Assembly: GCA_036514715.1 (NCBI GenBank)
Contig: DATBWR010000011.1
Location: 48,102 to 112,101, forward strand
Reading direction: 5' to 3'
DNA from: Candidatus Nanoarchaeia archaeon
Lineage (GTDB): Bacteria > Patescibacteriota > Microgenomatia > Woykebacterales > RBG-16-39-9b
DNA length: 64,000 nucleotides
Shown here: positions 10,239 through 18,950 of the stretch, in pieces
How the letters are laid out: each line of letters starts with the position of its first letter
Numbering within the stretch: the stretch's first letter is position 1
Translations under genes and position numbers: made by a program
Notes under the pieces: generated by a model
What the model saw: the letters and a program-made list of their open reading frames with translations, nothing else
Told to the model about the DNA's origin: nothing
Databases searched by the model: none

Positions 10239-10607
10239 TCACTGCCCTACTTGGCTGCCTACGGAAGAAAGTTCCGTCATAACCGCCTCGGTCTCCATCT
10301 TGTCGATCACGACAACTCCCGAAGTCTCTTCCCAGTTGTACAAACCGGTAAAGACAACTACCCTGATGTCCGGGTATGCTTGTTTGACCTGGCGAGCTTT
10401 GTCAATCATTCCTCGGGTGAGGAAGATGACTTTGTCTATTCCACCCCAACCGATAAGGGTTTGGGCATCGTCAAAGGAGTTTACGGTTACAGCCTCTGCT
10501 GACTCTGAAACCTTTCGTTGAACTAAACCAGCCCAAGCGTCGTAGTCCCCTCTCTCGGAAGACAGCAACCCCCACTCACCTTCTTTTACAATTAATACCT
10601 TTGTCAC
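10239..10607 (-). CDS. hypothetical protein, possible degenerate receiver (CheY-like) fold
   Basis: KVLIV start and alternating beta/alpha pattern (DKVIFL, YPDIRVVVFTG); canonical acidic pocket not evident. Confidence 0.5.
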   Translation of the reverse strand: MTKVLIVKEGEWGLLSSERGDYDAWAGLVQRKVSESAEAVTVNSFDDAQTLIGWGGIDKVIFLTRGMIDKARQVKQAYPDIRVVVFTGLYNWEETSGVVVIDKMETEAVMTELSSVGSQVGQ

Positions 10608-10742
10608 AGGTATCTCCCTCCATTTTCAGATGTACCAATTATAGCAAACTAGTTCAAGAAAATTTGTATTTTATATCAAAATGTTAGAGTAGCGTTTAGT
10701 AATTGAAATTTTAGCCTTGATTTGGTATCATATCTTGGTCGT

Positions 10743-10818
10743 GGGCCTGTAGCTCAATTGGTAGAGCAGCGGCCTTTTAAGCCGCGTGTTCAGGGTTCGA
10801 GTCCCTGCAGGCTCACCA
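10743..10818 (+). tRNA. tRNA-Lys(UUU)
   Basis: Cloverleaf; GCGGC-CTTTTAA-GCCGC anticodon arm; GTTCGA T-loop; encoded CCA. Confidence 0.97.
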
Positions 10819-10871
10819 AAATCTTCTTTTCGTTTCAAAAATAGATCGCTTCGCGCTCTGCGTTCGGGAAC

Positions 10872-10945
10872 TTAAGCCGCGTGTTCAGGGTTCGCCTTTC
10901 GCCAGAAGGGCGAATGGGTGTGTTGTCCCTGCAGGCTCACCAAAA
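10872..10945 (+). repeat. duplicated 3' half of tRNA-Lys with 30-nt insertion in the T-loop
   Basis: 23-bp and 21-bp blocks identical to the tRNA 3' half, separated by an insert at 10895-10924. Confidence 0.9.
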
Positions 10946-10969
10946 ATTTGCTACCGAAGCCCTATAGTA

Positions 10970-10998
10970 TTGACTTTCTGTCCTCTTTTCTCTATAAT
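10970..10998 (+). promoter_or_regulatory. sigma70 promoter of telA operon
   Basis: TTGACT-N17-TATAAT. Confidence 0.75.
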
Positions 10999-11213
10999 CC
11001 GTTTGTTACTGTCGGCACAATTAATAGTTCTCCAAAGAACTGCTCTTTAGTGCTGATTTGAATACACTTTCCTCGCACCTTAACAACTTAACTAAGGAGA
11101 GCACTAAAGTGAACCTTTGGAATTGGAGGCAAAGTTACGTTCCACCCAAATTCAGCAGGTAGTTCAACTCTTTCACAAAGCACATCCATCCATATCAGAA
11201 AGGAGAGGATAAG

Positions 11214-12212
11214 ATGAAGTTTGTAGCTAAAGCGGTTGCTTTAGCGCTTCTGGCTTTTTTAGTGCCGTACGTGGTCTTTGCTGACTACGTTACCGACGCG
11301 GCCCAGGCTTTAAAGAAGACGCCCGTCTACGTGGCTCCCGACACCGAAGGGACGGACAAGGACACTGCCGGCAAATTGCAGGTAAAGCTTGCCAAGGATG
11401 ATAACATCGTCTTGGTCATGCTCCCGGCTGCAGCAGAAGCCAAGCTCGGAGCAGATATCACCACAATTGCAAGCCGCCTGTCTGAAGAGCTTGAAAATAA
11501 GCGCATTATCGGCCTTGCGGTTGGCAACAACGTGGTGGGATACGCTCCCATGCTACCTGCGGGTGTTGCAGCCGACCAAATGAGGCGCGCAAGAAGCGTC
11601 TCCAACGATCCAGTAACGGCACTCGGCACCTTTGCTCAGAACATTCACATTTGGCAAAGTGAGAATCCGGAGCCGGAACCATCACCGATCGAGACACTCA
11701 AGAAAGGGGGCAGTTCACTTTTCCTAGTGTTAGGCATTGCTGTCGTCATTGTCCTCGGGGTCGCCATCATGGCTGTCCTATTATGGGACACAACGGCACA
11801 ACAACCTAGCACGGAAAAGATGCACTTCAAAGCTCCCGATCACGTCAAAGACTTGTTAGCAACAATCGCAAGAGAACGTGAGCAGGTCAACGACGGGGAA
11901 CTCAAACAAGTGTTGTATCAAATGTGCGTGGATATCGAGAAATACTTCGTGAAAAGCAGTAGCGACAAGAAGAGGGATGCCCTTTTCTTTAGAGACCGCT
12001 TGACTGAAGTCACTCAAGTCCTGACTAAATACGTCGATGTCCAGGACAATCCGCGCTACTACCGCACCCCCGCTGACGAATTGGCTCTGGCCAAGAAGTC
12101 GATCACCGACTTCTCCGACTACGTCCTTGAGTCTATCAGGCGCGGCACTGCCGAAGACCTGTTTGACTTCAGGGTCAACACCAACATTCTACAGGCTCAG
12201 CGATTTCGCTAG
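11214..12212 (+). CDS. membrane protein: signal peptide, extracellular (TPM-like) domain, TM, cytoplasmic XpaC-like helical domain
   Basis: Topology from hydrophobicity; position upstream of telA as for xpaC; domain names are inference. Confidence 0.55.
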   Translation: MKFVAKAVALALLAFLVPYVVFADYVTDAAQALKKTPVYVAPDTEGTDKDTAGKLQVKLAKDDNIVLVMLPAAAEAKLGADITTIASRLSEELENKRIIGLAVGNNVVGYAPMLPAGVAADQMRRARSVSNDPVTALGTFAQNIHIWQSENPEPEPSPIETLKKGGSSLFLVLGIAVVIVLGVAIMAVLLWDTTAQQPSTEKMHFKAPDHVKDLLATIAREREQVNDGELKQVLYQMCVDIEKYFVKSSSDKKRDALFFRDRLTEVTQVLTKYVDVQDNPRYYRTPADELALAKKSITDFSDYVLESIRRGTAEDLFDFRVNTNILQAQRFR

Positions 12213-12235
12213 CCACAAGTGAAAGGAGTACGGAA

Positions 12236-13537
12236 ATGACACATCAACCAACCCAGCCCGAAATCCAGGTGTCCCCGCACTTTGCTGCCACCATTCCGGC
12301 GGAACCCAAGCCTACCGCTCAGGTAGCGGAGCTCTCTGCTTTGTCGGTCAGCCCCGAGAAACGAGAGATGCTCGTCTGCCGGCAATTGCTTAAAGGTGAC
12401 ACCCTCGTTAGGGCACAGACAGAAGCAGCAGACGTACTGCCGAAGATGCTGTCCAACACCCAGGTGCTGGCGGTTTTCGGAAACGATGCGCTCGAATCTG
12501 TCAACCGGTTAACCGACCGGATGCTAGACGAGCGCCCTCCGGTAGACGTTCCAGAGCTGCGTGAGGTCATGAGGGATCTTTCCCGCCGCATGCGTGGTAT
12601 CGGCCGGAAGTACGACCCCAGCGACGAAAAAGCACTGGAGAAGTACAAGAAGGCTAAGGGGCGTTTCCTCGGCTTGTTCCGTCTCGGCAGGACCTTCCTC
12701 GAGGAGTTCCTGGACGACATCCGCTCGCTTCAAGGGCAGTGCGACTGGGTCATCGAAAGACTCGATGGTAAACAGAACCAACTGCTCAGAAACGTCACCT
12801 TCTACGACGAGTACTACAAGCTCAATGAGACGGAGATCGACAAGCTAATCTACAAGATCGGCGTCATGGAGATCATCCGCGACATGGCTGCCGAGCAGGC
12901 CAACCGCATCGTTGTCGGCGACTCCAACTTGGGAGACCGCAGCGGCGAAGAGCAGGCTCGGATTTCGGAACTCGTCACCCTCCTTGAAAACAAGATCATC
13001 GCGTTCAAAGGACGGCTTTGGGTTGCATGGGCAATGGCCCCGCAGACACGCAACATGCGTGTTATCCAGGTAGGTCTGTCAGCCCGCATAGACCAGACTG
13101 TCGACATCACTATCCCGACCATGAAGGGAACTATCCTCATTTGGCTCACGTTGGGCGACGCCGAACAGGCGCAACAGTTCAACGCGGCTGTGGAGGACAC
13201 GTACAACCAGGTGCTGACGCTATTCGCGAATGCTGCAAAGGCCACCGTGCCTGCGATAGCAAACGCGCTGGTGACACCGGCTCTGGACCCTCGGACCGTG
13301 GTGGCATGGACCGAGTCTCTAGTGGCCCAGGCCGACGGATTCATTCAGGCGATCGAACTCGGCCAGCAAAAGCGGGCAGAGCTCGAACAGGCGATGATCA
13401 ACGGCAAGCAGGTTATCGATGAGGCTACCCAAAGGGTAAACCAGGCTCAGATCGAGCACGTTCTCGAACTCGCCCGGCAAGCCGCTCAGGAGACACCTCT
13501 TCAGATCGCCCGATCCGTTCCCGCCGCGCAAAGCTAA
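12236..13537 (+). CDS. toxic anion resistance protein (TelA/KlaA family)
   Basis: Long coiled-coil protein; VFG..A, FLGLF, APQTRNMR and ITIPTMK resemble TelA conserved blocks. Confidence 0.75.
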   Translation: MTHQPTQPEIQVSPHFAATIPAEPKPTAQVAELSALSVSPEKREMLVCRQLLKGDTLVRAQTEAADVLPKMLSNTQVLAVFGNDALESVNRLTDRMLDERPPVDVPELREVMRDLSRRMRGIGRKYDPSDEKALEKYKKAKGRFLGLFRLGRTFLEEFLDDIRSLQGQCDWVIERLDGKQNQLLRNVTFYDEYYKLNETEIDKLIYKIGVMEIIRDMAAEQANRIVVGDSNLGDRSGEEQARISELVTLLENKIIAFKGRLWVAWAMAPQTRNMRVIQVGLSARIDQTVDITIPTMKGTILIWLTLGDAEQAQQFNAAVEDTYNQVLTLFANAAKATVPAIANALVTPALDPRTVVAWTESLVAQADGFIQAIELGQQKRAELEQAMINGKQVIDEATQRVNQAQIEHVLELARQAAQETPLQIARSVPAAQS

Positions 13538-13606
13538 GCGCGAACTGTCATAGCTCACGAACTAGGTTGTTTTTAAGCAGCCTAGTTCCCAAATCCCAGG
13601 AGGAAT

Positions 13607-14578
13607 ATGATGTTTAGATCATCGATAGTGGTGGTGGCTGTACTTGCAGTCGCTACCCTTCTCCTCGCCTGCACGGACACCGGAGTATCAACAGCCAGTT
13701 GCGCTTTCGTAGTTGGTGATGGTCAGGGTGGCCGGGATGCCAAGCTGCACAAGATTGTCTATCCCGGTCAGAAAGTTAACAAGGGTGAAAATGAAAACGT
13801 CTCTTACGTTCCTTGTAACTCGCGGAACTACATCGTCAGCGACGGGACAGTCAAAGATGCCAACGGAAACGTTGTAGGCGACCGCACTCAGCTGATCACG
13901 GCAACCACCAAAAAAGGCGTGCAGATCGAGTTGGCAGTGACGGCTTATTGGACTCTCAACCAGTCCGAAAGAGCTATGCGCAACTTCTACAACGTCTGCT
14001 TCAAGTACCAGTGTGCGAGTAAAGACGACCAGGCTGGTACCGCCAACAACTCCACCCCTGGCTGGAACGACGTACTGGGTGAGAACTTCGGTCCTGCTTT
14101 GGAGAGAGCAGTCAAGTTGTCTGTCATCAAAGCGAATGACACCATCTGGAGTCAGCGCGACCCGGGGGAGTTCAAGGCTCTTGCGGACAACATCTCTGCC
14201 GCTTTCGCCGACGAGATACGGGCAACCCTTGGATACCCCGAGGATTTGTTCTGCGGTTCGGGAAACTCCACTTGGAGCGACCCGGACAAGCCCGGCGAAG
14301 GAACGTTCACCTGCACTCCGGTGCGCATTGTCGTTGACGACGTGCAACGTGGACTGGTCAGGGCGGATGAGAGCACGCAGGGTGCTGCGGAAATAAATAC
14401 GCAGCGTCTCAAGAACGCGGAGGCACTCTACGGACCTGGTGCGGGATATTGGCTTGCGCTTCAAGACCTGATCGATAAGTGCAAGGCTGCCGGCACAACG
14501 TGCATCATCAATCTTGGTGGTGCAACGACCGGCCCGGCAGTACCCGTCCCCGTAACCACCCCAACTGCTCCACGGTAG
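13607..14578 (+). CDS. lipoprotein, possible SPFH/band-7-like domain
   Basis: Lipobox LLLAC; ITATTKKGVQIELAVTAYWTLN and GWNDVL..FGPALERAV resemble SPFH; Cys-rich. Confidence 0.55.
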   Translation: MMFRSSIVVVAVLAVATLLLACTDTGVSTASCAFVVGDGQGGRDAKLHKIVYPGQKVNKGENENVSYVPCNSRNYIVSDGTVKDANGNVVGDRTQLITATTKKGVQIELAVTAYWTLNQSERAMRNFYNVCFKYQCASKDDQAGTANNSTPGWNDVLGENFGPALERAVKLSVIKANDTIWSQRDPGEFKALADNISAAFADEIRATLGYPEDLFCGSGNSTWSDPDKPGEGTFTCTPVRIVVDDVQRGLVRADESTQGAAEINTQRLKNAEALYGPGAGYWLALQDLIDKCKAAGTTCIINLGGATTGPAVPVPVTTPTAPR

Positions 14579-14701
14579 CAAGTCAGTTTTAGTTAAACAC
14601 CCTCGCCGAGTCAAACTCGGGTTCCGCCAAAAACGGAATTTCTTTTTAGAACGAGGGTGTCTTTTTTTGCTTTAATCTCAATTTAATTCTAAAATAGGAT
14701 T

Positions 14702-15388
14702 GTGGAAAAACTGCAGCGCAAATACATGCTATCTCGTGAGACTCCTAAGATGGGTCTTGCCGAGAAAACCAAAATTCTCTCCTCCTTCCCTATGTTCGAA
14801 GAGACCTCGACCGCAGAACTTAAGGAAGTAGCCACTAAAACCCAACCTGAAGCTATCCTCCCTATGGAAGTTTTTGTGGAGGAAGACCGTGACGAGCACC
14901 AGGCCTATTTCCTTTACCAAGGCGCTGTCTCGGTTTTTCGAACCACCAGCGAGGGGGAGATTATTAACTTAGATCTTCTAGGCGCTCCTAACCTAGTTGG
15001 TGAGGTGGGGTTAATTGAAGATAAGTCAAGCCCTGCCAGTATTATCGCCATCGAAGAAACCCGAGCACTTGTACTTTCTCAAAAAGATTTTCAGGCCCTT
15101 GTGAATAAAAATCCTAAACTGGCCCTAAACTTACTCAAAGTGTTTGCCGACAAAATGCGCGATTTTGATCTTTTTATTGAAGAGCTCCTCTCTAAAAATC
15201 TGTACGAGCGCACCTGGAACATGCTCCAGTTTGTCTCTCAGTATTTTCCCAAAAGGGAAATTACTCTATCGCAGGAACAGTTGACCGATCTTCTCTGGGG
15301 TACAAGATCAAGAGTGACTGAAGTTCTCAACAAACTTGAGACAGAGGGAAAAATAAAAATTGGTCACCGGAAAGTAAAGGTTCTTTAA
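14702..15388 (+). CDS. Crp/Fnr family transcriptional regulator
   Basis: cNMP domain (VGEVGL) and HTH LSQEQL..GTRSRVTEVL. Confidence 0.9.
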   Translation: MEKLQRKYMLSRETPKMGLAEKTKILSSFPMFEETSTAELKEVATKTQPEAILPMEVFVEEDRDEHQAYFLYQGAVSVFRTTSEGEIINLDLLGAPNLVGEVGLIEDKSSPASIIAIEETRALVLSQKDFQALVNKNPKLALNLLKVFADKMRDFDLFIEELLSKNLYERTWNMLQFVSQYFPKREITLSQEQLTDLLWGTRSRVTEVLNKLETEGKIKIGHRKVKVL

Positions 15389-15401
15389 AAAAGCTACCTC
15401 T

Positions 15402-15758
15402 CTAGCCAGTCACGTTTTTGATGAGTTCGATACTCTCTTTACCCAACGGATCGACTTCAATGGCCACCACGTCAATACGGTCACCGGGTGGTAAATTTTT
15501 CCTAACCAAACGGTAAAAGTTCGCGCAGTTAATGATGTGAGAGAGTTTTCTTTTGACTACTGCTTCGGCCGGTGTACCAAACTCTCGGGAGCTGCGGGTT
15601 TTAACTTCGATAAAGGCAAGAGTATCGGCTTCTTGGGCGATAATATCCACTTCACCAAACTTACACTTAAAATTAGTTTCCAAAATTTTGTAACCGCTTT
15701 TTTTGAGAAAATCGACTGCAGCAGCCTCTCCTCTCTTACCAGTTTCAATTTTACTCAT
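15402..15758 (-). CDS. yraN: YraN family (UPF0102) nuclease-like protein
   Basis: GKRGE, GEVDIIA, FIEVKTR and RIDVVAI. Confidence 0.93.
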   Translation of the reverse strand: MSKIETGKRGEAAAVDFLKKSGYKILETNFKCKFGEVDIIAQEADTLAFIEVKTRSSREFGTPAEAVVKRKLSHIINCANFYRLVRKNLPPGDRIDVVAIEVDPLGKESIELIKNVTG

Positions 15759-16371
15759 AAAGAAATTTTAGATGATAGTTAGTTCGATGTAAGCCTGACA
15801 AGCCAAACTGGCGAATTGCTTTTTTGTGAAAGGCTGTTCCGTAGCCTTTGTTTTTGGAAAGTCCGTAGGAGGGGAGAAGTCTGCCGAGAGCCCCCAGCAG
15901 GCGGTCTCGATAGACTTTGGCAACAATTGAAGCAGCCGCAATGCTGGCACATAAACTGTCGCCGTGGATAATGGGTGTCTGATTTTTCTTAGCCAGAGAT
16001 TTAATATAAAAAGCGTCAATTAAATAGTGGTCCGGCTGACAATTTAGGCCTTTAAGGGCTCTCCTGTAGGCAAGCTGGGTCGCCTTCCCCAAACCAAGAC
16101 GAACAATTTCCTCAACGCCTGCGATCCCCAAACCAAAACAAACTGCTTCCTTTTTAATAATTTTAGCCAATTGCTTTCTTTTGGAGTCGGTTAGCAATTT
16201 AGAGTCAAAAAAGTCAACCTTAGTTTTGTAGTCTTTTGGAAAGATAACTGCAGCAGCTACCAACGGTCCGGCCCAGGCACCTCGGCCGACTTCATCAATA
16301 CCGACTATAAAATCGTAACCAGCCCTCCAGAGGGAGTTTTCAAAATCGAAGGTTGCGGCAACCTTCCTCAT
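15751..16371 (-). CDS. rnhB: ribonuclease HII
   Basis: GIDEVGRGAWAGP, DSK, SIAAASIVAKV and NKGYGT. Confidence 0.96.
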   Translation of the reverse strand: MRKVAATFDFENSLWRAGYDFIVGIDEVGRGAWAGPLVAAAVIFPKDYKTKVDFFDSKLLTDSKRKQLAKIIKKEAVCFGLGIAGVEEIVRLGLGKATQLAYRRALKGLNCQPDHYLIDAFYIKSLAKKNQTPIIHGDSLCASIAAASIVAKVYRDRLLGALGRLLPSYGLSKNKGYGTAFHKKAIRQFGLSGLHRTNYHLKFLYE

Positions 16372-16377
16372 AGCTAA

Positions 16378-16671
16378 TTAGGCTTCAACTGCAGCTCTGC
16401 CGCGTAGATTTCTCAAGTAGTAAAGTTTGGCTCTGCTTACGTTTTTTGCTTTTTTAACCGTGATCTTATTGATAGCTGGGCTGTAAAGGGGCCAAATACG
16501 CTCAACACCAATATTGCCAGAGGCGATCTTACGTACAGTAAAGGTACGGCTAGCCCCTGTTCCGCCCTCAGCGATAACTGTGCCCTCAAAGGATTGGAGT
16601 CTTTCTTTATTGCCTTCTTTAACTTTAACTTCAACGCTAATTAAATCGCCAACTGAAAATTCTGTTTGCAT
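16378..16671 (-). CDS. rplS: 50S ribosomal protein L19
   Basis: [23 protein letters not shown] and RAKLYYLR. Confidence 0.97.
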   Translation of the reverse strand: MQTEFSVGDLISVEVKVKEGNKERLQSFEGTVIAEGGTGASRTFTVRKIASGNIGVERIWPLYSPAINKITVKKAKNVSRAKLYYLRNLRGRAAVEA

Positions 16672-16713
16672 AGCTAAAGCATTTTAAGGAAATCGAGGCC
16701 AAATGTCAAACTG

Positions 16714-16965
16714 TTATTGGTAAAGCGCCTGCAGAATTAAGAAGATAAAGAAACCAATGGCCAAATGCTCAAGGACTTGGGTAAGTTTAAGATTTTTCTC
16801 TTCCCAGTGGTGAAAAACACCAACCGCGACGTAGAAAACGCTTAGCAAAGAAATGATGATTAGTCGTGTTGAAGACTCGTGAAAAACTTCCAACAAGCCA
16901 ATTGCGGCAATTATCACCGCGAAAACTAAGATAAATTCAAAGCTGTGGCGCAAAAAGCTTTTCAT
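16714..16965 (-). CDS. small 3-TM membrane protein
   Basis: Hydrophobic ORF with GVFHH..LEH. Confidence 0.65.
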   Translation of the reverse strand: MKSFLRHSFEFILVFAVIIAAIGLLEVFHESSTRLIIISLLSVFYVAVGVFHHWEEKNLKLTQVLEHLAIGFFIFLILQALYQ

Positions 16966-17034
16966 AATCGAATCTGCGAGATCATATCGCGCGCATACAA
17001 TAATTTAAAGTTTTTCAAAACTACCATTAGCGCG

Positions 17035-18012
17035 TTAAAGAACACCCCCGGTCGCGCTTCTTATCAAGACCACTGCCAGAATGACCAAAACACCAGCGTG
17101 AAGTAGAGAGTGGCTGTTTTCCCGAGAATGGCCTTTTCTAAAGAGAACGATAGAGTCAACCACGAACAAGGTGACTAAAATGGTTAGCAGAGCCAGAGTA
17201 GATTTCTGGCCAAAACCCAACCCTTTCCAAAAAGCCCCTAAATTGAAAGCTGGTATCGCAGTTCCGGAAATCTTTTCGTGCACTTCTTCAACGTTAGCCG
17301 AAGCGCTTGCAACCGAAGGTTTGGTTTCTGTTGTCGCCAAGGAGTCTTCTACTTTAGCCGGTTGGCTCCCACCACTGGCACCGCCTGCTGAAGAGCTTCC
17401 CGCACTGGTAGCACTTCCCAAAACTTTCCCAAGGTGTTGGACGACCAAAGTGGTCTCCTCTCCCTGCAAAATTCCATCTTTAACTCCAATTCCAATTTCA
17501 GTGAAATTGGGGTTCAATAAGTTGTCCTTGTGGCTAGTGCTACCCATCCAACCGGCAACTACACCCTCAGAAGTGGAAAAATCCCGGGCCAAATTTTCTC
17601 CGGCCCAAGAGTAGTTGTAACCAACCAGCTTGAAAAAGTACCAGGGACTGGTGCCATCGGGAGCGTAATGGGCCCAGTAATCTTTAGCAAACATGTCGCC
17701 TGCTTTCATCGTGGCCGCAGAATCTAGTTTGGAACTTTCTGCCAGAGGTTGCATGCCTGCTTTAACACGCTCCTGGTTAGTTAGATTAATAACCGCTGCT
17801 TGGGTAATGTTGGTTGCGTAACCTAAAACGCGGGCTCCGGCTACACCCCCAAAGGAAAAAAATTGGATCGCCAAAAGCAAAAAGGTGATGACAAACAAAC
17901 CTTCGTGGCGAATTAAGTAAGCGTGGTGGTTATTGGCTTGGTGAGGAACGAGAAATCGCGCCGCCTTTTTGATCAAAGGGGTTGACGCAACTTTCTCGAA
18001 GAGAGCAGACAT
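17035..18012 (-). CDS. CAP/SCP-domain membrane protein
   Basis: LTNQER, YWAH, AGENLA and WMGSTSHKDNLL; N- and C-terminal TMs. Confidence 0.9.
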   Translation of the reverse strand: MSALFEKVASTPLIKKAARFLVPHQANNHHAYLIRHEGLFVITFLLLAIQFFSFGGVAGARVLGYATNITQAAVINLTNQERVKAGMQPLAESSKLDSAATMKAGDMFAKDYWAHYAPDGTSPWYFFKLVGYNYSWAGENLARDFSTSEGVVAGWMGSTSHKDNLLNPNFTEIGIGVKDGILQGEETTLVVQHLGKVLGSATSAGSSSAGGASGGSQPAKVEDSLATTETKPSVASASANVEEVHEKISGTAIPAFNLGAFWKGLGFGQKSTLALLTILVTLFVVDSIVLFRKGHSRENSHSLLHAGVLVILAVVLIRSATGGVL

Positions 18013-18097
18013 GACTTAATTTTACTATTTTTACCTAGCCTCAAGCAAGTCTTTTAGCCCACGTAAAAGTGGTCGCAGGATCCTAACGCAGTGGGTC

Positions 18098-18925
18098 CTA
18101 GATACTTGAGCGGATTCGGTTGATACGTTCCGCCAACAGGGCTAGAGCTTCTTCCACTTCAACACCGTTGCGGCGCAGGATCAGACCAGCACCAATCAAA
18201 GCCAAAGAGACTACTACCAACAAACGAAACGGGTAGTCAAAACCAGTTATGGGTAGAGTTTTAGCAGCTGCCAAAACTGAACCAGGGGTCGGCAGAGGTC
18301 CTGGACCCTCACCCGGAGCTGGTGGTTTTAAGGCACCAATAATAATCTCGTTGAAATTGCCGGCGTTGTCAATATTAACGTTGATCCAAGCGTTTCCAGT
18401 TTTTATCCAACCGTTACCGCCGGTATTACCGCTAAGTGAGTTACCGCCGGTGTTAGCTCCCAACCAGAAGTTGTTGTCAATATCAAGCCATTTCGCATCG
18501 TATATGTTCAGGTTGTTATTAAAGTTTAAGGTAACTTTGTTGTCAGAGTCAGCTCCGTTACCCGAAACGCTCACGGCCGCGTCAATCGGATCGCAACAAC
18601 CAAGTTTAATTTTGTTAGCGTTAAGAGAGTTGTTAACCGTCAAATTAGTGGTTGCGTCTCCGGTAGTGATACCAACATCACCACCAGTGTTGTCCTCAGC
18701 CTCGTTATTACCGGTGTTGGAATTGGCCTTAACCGAGTTGTCAACGTCAGCATTGTTAGTCTGAACAATCTCAGTTTCTCGGCTCACATTAAAGTTTGCC
18801 TCATTATCTGAGTCGGCGCCGTTTCCGGAAACTTCAATAGTGAAGGCTCGGGCGCTAGATGCTGAACTTAATAATAGGGCAAGGGTGAGCAGGAGGACAG
18901 GCAAGAGAAATTTCGCCTTTTTCAT
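18098..18925 (-). CDS. secreted Asn/Gly-rich repeat protein (2 repeats) with LPXTG-type sorting signal
   Basis: Signal peptide; 2x GNGADSDN..NTG..TG[DN]A repeat; Pro linker; LPITG + TM + RR. Confidence 0.8.
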   Translation of the reverse strand: MKKAKFLLPVLLLTLALLLSSASSARAFTIEVSGNGADSDNEANFNVSRETEIVQTNNADVDNSVKANSNTGNNEAEDNTGGDVGITTGDATTNLTVNNSLNANKIKLGCCDPIDAAVSVSGNGADSDNKVTLNFNNNLNIYDAKWLDIDNNFWLGANTGGNSLSGNTGGNGWIKTGNAWINVNIDNAGNFNEIIIGALKPPAPGEGPGPLPTPGSVLAAAKTLPITGFDYPFRLLVVVSLALIGAGLILRRNGVEVEEALALLAERINRIRSSI

Positions 18926-18950
18926 AAATTACGGGCCTCCTTTCAAGGAC

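Noticed and set aside
9402-14578. Intact prophage or integrative element at tRNA-Lys
   Set aside because: No integrase, transposase or phage genes; the tRNA duplicate is adjacent to the tRNA rather than at the far end of the block.
13688-14614. 308-aa minus-strand ORF
   Set aside because: Shadow of the GC-rich lipoprotein gene; no recognisable motifs.
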